A stretch of 64,000 nt of DNA from Candidatus Cloacimonadota bacterium. Its GTDB lineage: Bacteria > Cloacimonadota > Cloacimonadia > G963667145. The stretch spans positions 1,344,001 to 1,408,000 of the forward strand of contig OY762940.1 in assembly GCA_963667255.1 (NCBI GenBank), in the 5' to 3' direction. Shown one piece after another: positions 1-8,434 of this stretch. How positions within the stretch are numbered: the first letter of the stretch is position 1; each line of letters opens with the position of its first letter. Both the position numbers and the translations under genes were made by a program. Below the pieces are notes generated by a model. That model did not search any database. It was not told the origin of the DNA and saw only the letters and a list, made by a program, of their open reading frames with translations.

Positions 1-544
1 ACCCAACTCTATAAAGAATCTCGCAAGCATAAATATTCCCTATCCCCGCAAGATATTTTTGATTCATTAGAAACGCCTTAATCGCCACACCTTTGCCCAT
101 CATCAGCCTTGCCATATAAAATTTGTCAAGTCTTTTGTCAAAAGGGTCAAGCCCCAAATTTTCTATCCCCTGCACCTTGTCGTCTTCAGCATAAATTTCC
201 ATCTTGGCAAAACCCCGCACGCTTATAAACAGCAGTTTACTACCATCCTTGAAAAAGAATTCCGCCCTCAAATGAGTCTTATCATAGAAAATATTTCGCT
301 CCTCAAAAACGAGCTTGCCTGTCATCCGCAAATGAATAACAATCTTAATCGAACTACTCAAATGAATAACTATAAATTTGCCAATTCTCTCGATTTCCTT
401 TATCATTCCCAACGAGCGTAAATCAAACTTGTGAGGGTTAAAAACGGAAGAATAGCAAGAAATATTGACATCTTCTATCTCTCTGCCGATTATTTTTTCC
501 CCAAGCTGCTTTACTATAGTCTGCACTTCCGGTAACTCTGGCAT
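1..544 (-). CDS. mutM: Formamidopyrimidine-DNA glycosylase (Fpg/MutM), 3' end outside window
   Basis: Not in the ORF track. The minus strand from ATG at 544 reads MPELPEVQTIVKQL, the Fpg N-terminus, with IHLRMTGKL and DVRGFAKM further in. Confidence 0.9.
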   Translation of the reverse strand, partial: MPELPEVQTIVKQLGEKIIGREIEDVNISCYSSVFNPHKFDLRSLGMIKEIERIGKFIVIHLSSSIKIVIHLRMTGKLVFEERNIFYDKTHLRAEFFFKDGSKLLFISVRGFAKMEIYAEDDKVQGIENLGLDPFDKRLDKFYMARLMMGKGVAIKAFLMNQKYLAGIGNIYACEILYRVG

Positions 545-613
545 ATTTCCTCTACTTCACAGGCGGAGTAAAACTCCTTATTTATTTGAAAATTTGTCGC
601 TTTTCTCAACCCT

Positions 614-1039
614 TTACTTCTCATTTTTCGCATCCATTTTATTCAGACAATTCTTACAAATCCCCTTGAATACAAGGTTGTAGTCAGTAATTTTGTGTCC
701 GTCAATCATCTGCTCTCCCTGATACACAAAATTTTCCTCCACATCATACACATTCCCGCACTTCACACATTTGAAATGCCCGTGTGGCAATCTGCAAAAA
801 TCGTAATGCTCTCGCCCATCAGACCCGCTGATAGATTTAATCACCTTTTTCTCTTCCAACAATTGCAACACATTATACACAGTAGTTTTGGACAAAGTTG
901 GCAACTCGCCTTTAATCCCCGTATAAATTTGTTCCACAGTCGGATGAGTTCTATTTTTGTCCAAATATTGCAAAACTTTCACCCTCTGTATCGAGGGTGA
1001 AATATTTTTATTTTTCAAAAGTTCCGTATATTTATCCAT
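614..1039 (-). CDS. perR: Fur-family regulator, PerR-like
   Basis: HPTVEQIY, SKTTVYNVL, HYD...HGHFKCVKCG...YD and C-terminal CxxC; lies directly downstream of a rubrerythrin. Confidence 0.75.
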   Translation of the reverse strand: MDKYTELLKNKNISPSIQRVKVLQYLDKNRTHPTVEQIYTGIKGELPTLSKTTVYNVLQLLEEKKVIKSISGSDGREHYDFCRLPHGHFKCVKCGNVYDVEENFVYQGEQMIDGHKITDYNLVFKGICKNCLNKMDAKNEK

Positions 1040-1075
1040 TTTGTCCTCCTTATCATTTTGATGAAGAACAATTTT

Positions 1076-1621
1076 TTATTTAAAATGCCTATCCAATAAA
1101 CCTTTGAAAGCCTTGCCATGACGAGCTTCATCTCTTGCCATCTCATGCACGGTGTCGTGAATAGCATCGTATCCAAGCTCCTTTGCTCTTTTTGCCAAAG
1201 CCACCTTTCCAGCTGTCGCACCACATTCCGCATCAACTCTCATCTCTAAATTTTTCTTGGTGGAGTCGCTCACCACTTCGCCCAAAAGTTCGGCAAATTT
1301 TGCAGCATGTTCCGCTTCTTCAAAAGCGATTCTTTTGTAGGCCTCAGCGACTTCCGGCAAACCTTCTCTATCGGCAACTCTGCTCATAGCAAGATACATC
1401 CCCACTTCCGTGCATTCACCCATAAAATTGTCCTTCAATCCGCAAACAACCTCTTCATCAAGCCCTTTTGCTACACCTACCACATGCTCGGCAGCCCAAA
1501 CCATCTCTTCAGATTTTTTCTCAGCAAACTTGCTCTTGTCAGCTTTACATTGAGGACATTTTTCGGGAGCAACTTCTCCTTCGTGAACATAACCGCATAT
1601 ACTACAAATAAATTTTTTCAT
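1076..1621 (-). CDS. rbr: Reverse rubrerythrin (NADH peroxidase)
   Basis: N-terminal rubredoxin CSICG...CPQC followed by a ferritin-like domain with EEAEH and DEARH. Confidence 0.9.
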   Translation of the reverse strand: MKKFICSICGYVHEGEVAPEKCPQCKADKSKFAEKKSEEMVWAAEHVVGVAKGLDEEVVCGLKDNFMGECTEVGMYLAMSRVADREGLPEVAEAYKRIAFEEAEHAAKFAELLGEVVSDSTKKNLEMRVDAECGATAGKVALAKRAKELGYDAIHDTVHEMARDEARHGKAFKGLLDRHFK

Positions 1622-1688
1622 TTTTCCTCCTTATTAATTTCAATTATGAAACTAACTTATCTCAAACAGATTTGTTGTCAAGATAAAT

Positions 1689-1703
1689 TTGTAATAATTA
1701 CAA
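1689..1703. promoter_or_regulatory. Per-box-like 7-1-7 inverted repeat
   Basis: TTGTAAT-A-ATTACAA is a perfect dyad (B. subtilis Per box TTATAATnATTATAA), 7 bp from a minus-strand TTGACA at 1676-1681, upstream of rbr-perR. Confidence 0.7.
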
Positions 1704-1711
1704 TTATGTAT

Positions 1712-1740
1712 AAAAAAAGCAGGGTCTTTTCAGACCCTGC
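1712..1740 (-). terminator. Intrinsic terminator after the catabolic cluster
   Basis: 9-bp stem GCAGGGTCT/AGACCCTGC followed by a T7 tract on the minus strand. Confidence 0.85.
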
Positions 1741-1768
1741 GATAATAAATACTTAATCTAAAGAATTA

Positions 1769-2500
1769 TTAGTTTCTTGCAAATCCAAGGATTTGAGGAT
1801 ATTCTCTAGGTATTTTCAAAGGACGAGTAGCAGCCAATTCTTCAGCAGTAGGAGTTCCATCATTTTTGCACAAATCAGCTTTTTTCTCTTCCCAAATCTC
1901 TTTTGTCAAAGAGAAGGTTGGTGAACCACCAAGTTCGTGAACAAGACCTTTACCGTTATTGTATTCGTCAGTTTTGTCCATCAAACCATACTCACCCATC
2001 CATCTGCGGAATCCATTAATAGACTCAGCAACGATAAGAACCTCTTTTTCGCCCAAATAGTCAAGGTGATGCTCCATTTTAGCAGCAAGCATATTAGCAC
2101 CAGCTCTGCAACCTCTTTTGATAGCAAGAGTGTGAAGGCTCATACCAGTATCTTTGTCTTTGTGACGAGAAGTTACGATACCAGCGATTTCGCCATCAAC
2201 AGTACCAACAAGCACGAAACAGTCAGTAATTCTTTGACGATACCAACCCAAAATTTCACTATAAACTCTGCAAGCTACGATATCATACCAGTCATCTGGA
2301 ACGAACATCAAAGGCTTAACAGCTTCCAACAATTGATTGATATCAGAGAAATCACATTCTCTGATTACCAATGTTTTCCCGTTTTTAAGATTAATTTTTT
2401 TTGGAGGGTATGGCACCATCTCCGGTGATTTTGGTGAATTCAATAACTTTTCGAGTTCTTCGTTAGAAGGAATGCTATTTTTATCAACTCTTTTTCCCAT
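1769..2500 (-). CDS. Putative GNAT-fold acyltransferase of unknown substrate
   Basis: GNAT-like pattern VLVGTVDGEIAGIV...SLHTLAIKRGCRAGANML; last gene of the cluster. Confidence 0.55.
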   Translation of the reverse strand: MGKRVDKNSIPSNEELEKLLNSPKSPEMVPYPPKKINLKNGKTLVIRECDFSDINQLLEAVKPLMFVPDDWYDIVACRVYSEILGWYRQRITDCFVLVGTVDGEIAGIVTSRHKDKDTGMSLHTLAIKRGCRAGANMLAAKMEHHLDYLGEKEVLIVAESINGFRRWMGEYGLMDKTDEYNNGKGLVHELGGSPTFSLTKEIWEEKKADLCKNDGTPTAEELAATRPLKIPREYPQILGFARN

Positions 2501-2563
2501 TTTGTAAATCTCCTTACGATTTTCTTTCTTTTTTTTTTAAGTAATTTGCACTACTCAAACTTC

Positions 2564-3382
2564 TTATTTAGGCTCCAAAGCAATGATACGACACATAGAA
2601 GATTCCATCTCTATACCACGAAGAGGGAACAATCCAAGCCATACTCTCTTGCTACCAAGAGCGTTCAACTCGCCACCAAGATTTTCAGCATGAACAAGAC
2701 CTTTTGGGAACAAGTTCAAGTGCATTACTTGATAATATTCATCCATTGGATACAACTCATCAAAGCTCTTGCCATATTTTGCCTTCATCAACTCATCAGT
2801 TTTGATGAAGTCTTTTGGATGCCAAGTTCTAATAATAGTGTTCATTGGGTGATCGGCAGAACCTGCATCAATTCCAATCCATTTGATTTTTTTCTTGATT
2901 GCCCATTTGTGGAACTCTGGAGAAGGACCGGGGTGACGCACGAAATATCTCAATTCATCAGCTCCTGGTTGATCCCAACCATAGCGGTTGTAACCGGTGT
3001 TGATTACAAGAATATCGCCTTCTTTAACCTCAACCTCTTCCTCTATCATTTCTGGGGTGTAAAAATCATAGTCTTGAACTTTCTTAGAAATATCAGCAAC
3101 AGCTGCATCTCCTACCCAAAAATCCATCGGAGTGTCACCTATAGTGCGACCGGCAGCGAAGAAGTGAACTTCACCATCGATGTGAGTCCCAACATGGTTG
3201 GAAGTGTGAACTATTTGACCATTAGCACCTTGTCCCATATGGGCTCCAGCTATTCTCTTAAAATATTGCAACCCAAGAGGCATATAACTTGGCCATGGTG
3301 GTGTGTGAATAGACAATCTCATTGTTAAATCATACATTTTGATATCTTTGGACATCATATCCATAAATTCTTTATTTGTCAT
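2564..3382 (-). CDS. Cyclase-family metal-dependent amidohydrolase (kynurenine formamidase/isatin hydrolase-like)
   Basis: HVGTHIDGEVH (HxGTHxDxxxH motif), GDILVINTG, IGID and ENL motifs. Confidence 0.85.
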   Translation of the reverse strand: MTNKEFMDMMSKDIKMYDLTMRLSIHTPPWPSYMPLGLQYFKRIAGAHMGQGANGQIVHTSNHVGTHIDGEVHFFAAGRTIGDTPMDFWVGDAAVADISKKVQDYDFYTPEMIEEEVEVKEGDILVINTGYNRYGWDQPGADELRYFVRHPGPSPEFHKWAIKKKIKWIGIDAGSADHPMNTIIRTWHPKDFIKTDELMKAKYGKSFDELYPMDEYYQVMHLNLFPKGLVHAENLGGELNALGSKRVWLGLFPLRGIEMESSMCRIIALEPK

Positions 3383-3408
3383 GATTTATCTCCTTTTTTT
3401 ATTAATAT

Positions 3409-4836
3409 TTATTTAGAATATTTTTTAGCAAATGCTTCCAAAGCATCCGTAAAACATTTCATTGGTGGTTCTACCAAACCGGCACCTACCATTCCTACAC
3501 CAGGAGTTTTGTGAGCGATACCTGTATTGATAGCAGGTAAAATTCCTGTTTCAATAATTTTGATTAAGTTGATACCTGTCGGTGTGCCACGGAAGTCCAA
3601 AATAGGAATTTGGAACACACTATTTTCACCATCAGTAATTTCATACATTCTCTTGGTGAATGTAAGAGCGTCATCAGGAGAACCTCCCACAAACTTAACA
3701 ATAGCAGGAGCGGCAGCCATAGCAAATCCACCAAATCCCGCAGTCTCGGTAATGGTAGAGTCACCAATATCACGAGCAGCATCATCTTCGGTGTATCCTG
3801 GCAAATAAAGCCCTTCAACGATAGGAGCTTGGTCAATAAACCATTGGTCGCCGAGACCAGAAACTCTGATACCAAAATCCGTGCCATTTCTCGCCATCAC
3901 AGTCACGATGGTAGAGCCTTCTATATTAGCAGCTGAATCGATAATCGCTTTGGCAGTAGGCATAGACAAGTTAAGGAAGAAGTGGTCATTTTCGTTAAGG
4001 AAATCAAAAACAGAAGCAATGTCTTTCTTGCTAAATTCTTCCAATTTAACCAAAGAACTGGCAAGCTCTCTAATAACGATAGAAGTCCCTGCACGGTTAC
4101 GGTTGTGAGCTTCATCGCCCATTTGCAACACTTGGGCAATGATATTTTTCATATCAAAAGGTCCATGAGCTTTCAGAGCAGCCTTCAAGACAGGAGCCAA
4201 AACATCACGCATCCAAGTCAAGCGATTGTTGACCTCCTCGCCATAAGCACCATAACGAAGCACTTTACCCAAACCTTCGTTCAGAGTAGCGTAAGCAACA
4301 TTACCAAAAGTCTCGTTCTTTATTATCCAAACAGGCATACTTGGAGTTACGATACCAGCCATAGGACCAACAGTGCTATGATGGTGACAAGGAGAAAATT
4401 CTATTGCACCAGAAGCAGCCAATTTTTCAGCCTCTTCCGGAGTAGAAGCCCAACCTTCAAAAATGATACCACCAATAACAGCACCACGAGTAGGACCACT
4501 CATTCTATCCCAAGTCACAGGAGGACCTGAATGCAAGAACATCTTCTCTTTCATTCCAGGAATATCTTTGAGTGCAACGCCAATATCCATAAGGACTGGC
4601 TTAGACTCCATAATATTTTTGATAGCCTTAGCATTAGCAGCAGCAACATCTACGCTACTCGCTTCTATAGCATCCAAAAGAGCAACAAGTTTTGGGTCGC
4701 CACCGGCAGGCGGTTTCCAAGCAATTTGAATAGCTTTTGTATCTTGCTCTCTCAAATTATCTGCAAAACTCTCAAGACCCATATTAGCAGCAACTAAATC
4801 TTGAGTAAACAATTTATTTATAGCTTTAACATCCAT
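3409..4836 (-). CDS. DUF1116 protein, YahG/YlbE(AllG)-like
   Basis: LHSGPP, PCHHHSTVGPMAG, LNEGLGKVLRYG, MGDEAHNRN, DIGDSTITE and INTGIAH; N-terminal WKPPAGG extension. Confidence 0.85.
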   Translation of the reverse strand: MDVKAINKLFTQDLVAANMGLESFADNLREQDTKAIQIAWKPPAGGDPKLVALLDAIEASSVDVAAANAKAIKNIMESKPVLMDIGVALKDIPGMKEKMFLHSGPPVTWDRMSGPTRGAVIGGIIFEGWASTPEEAEKLAASGAIEFSPCHHHSTVGPMAGIVTPSMPVWIIKNETFGNVAYATLNEGLGKVLRYGAYGEEVNNRLTWMRDVLAPVLKAALKAHGPFDMKNIIAQVLQMGDEAHNRNRAGTSIVIRELASSLVKLEEFSKKDIASVFDFLNENDHFFLNLSMPTAKAIIDSAANIEGSTIVTVMARNGTDFGIRVSGLGDQWFIDQAPIVEGLYLPGYTEDDAARDIGDSTITETAGFGGFAMAAAPAIVKFVGGSPDDALTFTKRMYEITDGENSVFQIPILDFRGTPTGINLIKIIETGILPAINTGIAHKTPGVGMVGAGLVEPPMKCFTDALEAFAKKYSK

Positions 4837-4837
4837 C

Positions 4838-6391
4838 TTATTTACCTACCTTTTCCATAATCTTAAGAGCCAACATAGAAGCCTGATAGTTAGAAGGCAT
4901 CACTACAACACCGATAGATTCCAATTTTCTCTTTTGGTCAGCAAAACCTTGATAATCTCCCTCGGTGCCTGTAATAGAAGCTACGATTGACAAATAACCA
5001 CCATTCTTTTCAGCATTATCCTTAGCCACTTTCAAACTATCCAAAATAGCTCCGGCAGGGTCAACATGTGAACCATAGCCAATCACAACATCCATCAACA
5101 TCAAAGCTATTTCTTTGTCTTTAGCTTCCAAAAGAATCCTATCATCTCTAGTCCCCGGCTCAATCATCGGATGAGGACGACCATTAGTGAAAACATCCTC
5201 TCCCAAATCCACAATTGTGTGTCTTGTAGATTTAAAAGGATCTTTCAAAATGAAATTTTTGTCAACATGGTCGAAAGAGTAAACTCCACCAAGACTGTCA
5301 TTAAGAAGAATCATAGCCTCATCAGCAAGCGTGCCACCAGTGTATAAACCTCTCAAATACTTTTGATGACTTGCAATTTTAGCAGTCTCTTTAGCAACTA
5401 TTGCGTCAACTTCACTGTCTGGAATGGTAAACAAAGTTCTTTCAAATTTTTTGTTATTCGCAAGAGCAACAGCCATCTTGGCAGCCTCTTCCAAATTTTG
5501 AGCAAAATGAACATTCTTAGTATCTTTGCCATCAAGACCAATAAAGTGAACAACACCAGGCTTTCCTGAATTTTCCAAAGCATCAATAACTTTTTTGGCA
5601 ACAGACTCTACAGGAGGCTTAGAAACGATAGTGATAACTTTAGTTTCAGGGTCGTTTTTGAGAGCTTCGATACCCATCAACATCATCGTTCCACCAATTT
5701 CTTCACTCTTCAAATCTCTACCACCAGTACCAATTCCTTGAGAAACACCAGAACCGAATTTTTCGATACTACAAGTAATCTCTTGCAAACCTGTTCCAGA
5801 AGCACCTACAACGCCGATAGGTCCTTTTTTCACTACATTGGCAAAGCACAACGGTTTACCATTAATGATAGCAGTTCCACAGTCAGGCCCCATCATCAAC
5901 AAGCCTTTTTCTTTAGCCAATTTCTTCAGAGAAATCTCTTGCTCAAGAGGAATGTTGTCAGAGAAAAGCATCACATGTCTGCCGTTATTAAGGGCTTTAC
6001 GCACTTGAGAAGGTGCAAAAGCACCCGGCAAAGAAATCACAACCATATTAATATCGGAATAGGTATTGATTGCAGCTTCCAATGTAGCAGGTTTATAGGT
6101 TTCCCCTTCTTGAGCCGAACCTTTCTCGTTCAGCTTTTTCTTGGCTATTTCCATAGCTTCAGCCAAGATAGCTTCGTCATCAGATTCGATAGCAATGATT
6201 AAATCGTTGGGCGTAGCACTTTTAACATCATCGTTAACCATTTTCAAATCGTTCAGCAAATCCAAGTTCATAGGTGTGCCCATAGCCACCACAGCCTCGG
6301 AAATGCCATCGATTTTTTTGACTTCACGATTGATAAGCATCAACACAACAGAATCAAAATACGAATCTTTTTCTACATAGATTTCTTTCAT
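4838..6391 (-). CDS. fdrA: FdrA/YahF(AllF)-like acyl-CoA synthetase-family protein
   Basis: YFDSVVLM, MLFSDNI, LMMGPDCGT, ASGTGLQE, GTGGRDL, GLYTGGTL and GRPHPMI. Confidence 0.9.
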   Translation of the reverse strand: MKEIYVEKDSYFDSVVLMLINREVKKIDGISEAVVAMGTPMNLDLLNDLKMVNDDVKSATPNDLIIAIESDDEAILAEAMEIAKKKLNEKGSAQEGETYKPATLEAAINTYSDINMVVISLPGAFAPSQVRKALNNGRHVMLFSDNIPLEQEISLKKLAKEKGLLMMGPDCGTAIINGKPLCFANVVKKGPIGVVGASGTGLQEITCSIEKFGSGVSQGIGTGGRDLKSEEIGGTMMLMGIEALKNDPETKVITIVSKPPVESVAKKVIDALENSGKPGVVHFIGLDGKDTKNVHFAQNLEEAAKMAVALANNKKFERTLFTIPDSEVDAIVAKETAKIASHQKYLRGLYTGGTLADEAMILLNDSLGGVYSFDHVDKNFILKDPFKSTRHTIVDLGEDVFTNGRPHPMIEPGTRDDRILLEAKDKEIALMLMDVVIGYGSHVDPAGAILDSLKVAKDNAEKNGGYLSIVASITGTEGDYQGFADQKRKLESIGVVVMPSNYQASMLALKIMEKVGK

Positions 6392-7182
6392 CGTCTTTTC
6401 CTTTCATTATATTTTTTTAAAACCCAACAGAACCCACTAACAAAATCAGTTCCTGAAGTGGACCCAAAATTAAATATCTTATTGTCTAAACGCCCCTTAC
6501 CAACACCACAAACAAAATCCCTAAAAGCGAGCGGATACTCCTTTTGCAAAGCACCCAAAAGAAGACTCCTACCACCCAAACTCGTTCTCTGCAAATCCAA
6601 ACAAGAAACCAAATCCTCAAACTCATCTTCCCTACCCAACGCATCAAGTCCCAAAAGCACTCCGCACACAAAATCGTCCCCACTCGGAGTAAACCCTATC
6701 CCTAATCCAACCAGTCCAGCACAATTCCCCAAATTTTCATCTCCCAACACCCTCAAAGCCTTGTCACTCCACACAGAAGAAACAGTCCTATCTACAACTC
6801 CCAATAAACCTTCAGGTTTACCATAGACACTTATAAACTCTATTAATTTGCGAACATCAAAACTAAATTCGGTTTCGGTTTCACTTGCACCCCGAAGAGA
6901 CATATCAACCGTCTCTCTCTGCAACTCAATCTCCACCAACTCCCCTATTTTCACCTTATCTTGTTGAAAATAAACCAGTTGGTTTTTCAAATCAACCTTA
7001 CTATCAAATAAAGTTTTAACTAAAAGCGAATAAGGGGAAAGCAAATTTTCGTCTCGGAGCAATGTATAATACTGATTATCTACCAGTATATTTATCGCCT
7101 TACCAAAGATGGTATGCACACTGCCAACCATCTCCTCCCGAGCAAAAAGCCTTCCTCTTATTTCGCCTTTAAGTCTAGTCAA
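6388..7182 (-). CDS. DUF2877 protein, YahE/YlbF(AllH)-like
   Basis: LVGLGIGFTPSGDDFVCG and FGSTSGTD motifs; overlaps the fdrA start. Confidence 0.8.
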   Translation of the reverse strand: MTRLKGEIRGRLFAREEMVGSVHTIFGKAINILVDNQYYTLLRDENLLSPYSLLVKTLFDSKVDLKNQLVYFQQDKVKIGELVEIELQRETVDMSLRGASETETEFSFDVRKLIEFISVYGKPEGLLGVVDRTVSSVWSDKALRVLGDENLGNCAGLVGLGIGFTPSGDDFVCGVLLGLDALGREDEFEDLVSCLDLQRTSLGGRSLLLGALQKEYPLAFRDFVCGVGKGRLDNKIFNFGSTSGTDFVSGFCWVLKKYNERKRR

Positions 7183-7192
7183 TTAAAAATTA

Positions 7193-8410
7193 CTAATCAC
7201 CAAGCTTTTTGATAGGTTCTTTAGTGGTAATCAAGAAAATAGCATTCAAAAGAATACCAACCAAAGCTCCCAAACCAAGACCTTGGAAAGTAACACTACC
7301 TACACAAATACTAGCTCCCCCAAGACCAATAACCAAAATAGTAGCTGCGGTCATCAAAGGTCTAGGATCTGCAAAGTCAATTTTAGCTTGAACCATATTG
7401 CTGATGCCGATAGAAGAAATCATACCAAAAAGCAAGATAGAAATACCACCGATAACAGGACCTGGAATTGTGCTAATAATAGAGGTAAACTTAGGAATAA
7501 AAGCAAGCAAAATAGCAAAACAAGCAGCAATTCTCATGATAACAGGATTTCTTGCTCCTGTAAGAGCAACAGCACCGGTATTCTCAGAATATGTAGTGTT
7601 AGCAGGACCACCGAAAAAGGCAGACAAACTGGTTGCAAGCCCATCACCAAGAGCAGTTCTGTGAACACCAGGTTCTTTGATGAAATCTTTTCCAACAACA
7701 TTACCAATAGCAAGGACATCACCAAAGTGTTCAACAAGTGTAACGATAGCGATAGGAATGATAATAGCAGCACTACGACCTGAGAAAGTAGCCATGGTAA
7801 ATTTAGGAATACCAAACCAAGCAGCATCATTGATAGCAGTATAATCCACCAAACCGAAGATCATACTAACAACATATCCACAAATCAAAGCAGTAAGAAC
7901 TGGCAGCATGGAAAGCAATTTGTTTCTCTTTTCAAAGAAAATTTTGACAAAAGCTGCAACAGCAAAAGTGAACAAAGCCAAAGGCCAATTAGCTTGAGCA
8001 CTACCAATAGCTACAGGAGCCAAAAGAAGACCAATCAAAATAATAACCGGTCCGGTAACATGAGGAGGAAGAATCTTATGAAGATTTTCATGACCAACTA
8101 TCTTAAAGATAATAGCAGCCAAAACATACACAAGACCAGCTAATACGATACCTCCGCATGCCTCTGATAAAGTACCACCTTCCATTTTAACAACTGCAAA
8201 TATTCCCGGCATGAAAGCAAACGAACTTCCCAAAAATACGGGAACCTCAAACTTGGTTAAAATGTGAAATAACCAAGTACCAATACCTGCCATAAACAAG
8301 GTTACACCAACATCCAATCCGGTAAGGATTGGCACAAGCACAGTAGCACCAAACATCACGAATGTGTGTTGCAAACCAAGAATAACAGTTTTTCCATCAA
8401 CTTTTTGCAT
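7193..8410 (-). CDS. NCS2 nucleobase permease, UraA/PyrP-like
   Basis: LGLQHTFVMFGATVLVP, FLGSSFAF, EHFGD and the PANTTYSENTG NAT signature; hydrophobic throughout. Confidence 0.9.
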   Translation of the reverse strand: MQKVDGKTVILGLQHTFVMFGATVLVPILTGLDVGVTLFMAGIGTWLFHILTKFEVPVFLGSSFAFMPGIFAVVKMEGGTLSEACGGIVLAGLVYVLAAIIFKIVGHENLHKILPPHVTGPVIILIGLLLAPVAIGSAQANWPLALFTFAVAAFVKIFFEKRNKLLSMLPVLTALICGYVVSMIFGLVDYTAINDAAWFGIPKFTMATFSGRSAAIIIPIAIVTLVEHFGDVLAIGNVVGKDFIKEPGVHRTALGDGLATSLSAFFGGPANTTYSENTGAVALTGARNPVIMRIAACFAILLAFIPKFTSIISTIPGPVIGGISILLFGMISSIGISNMVQAKIDFADPRPLMTAATILVIGLGGASICVGSVTFQGLGLGALVGILLNAIFLITTKEPIKKLGD

Positions 8411-8434
8411 AATTTCTCCTTTTTTTGTGAGTTT

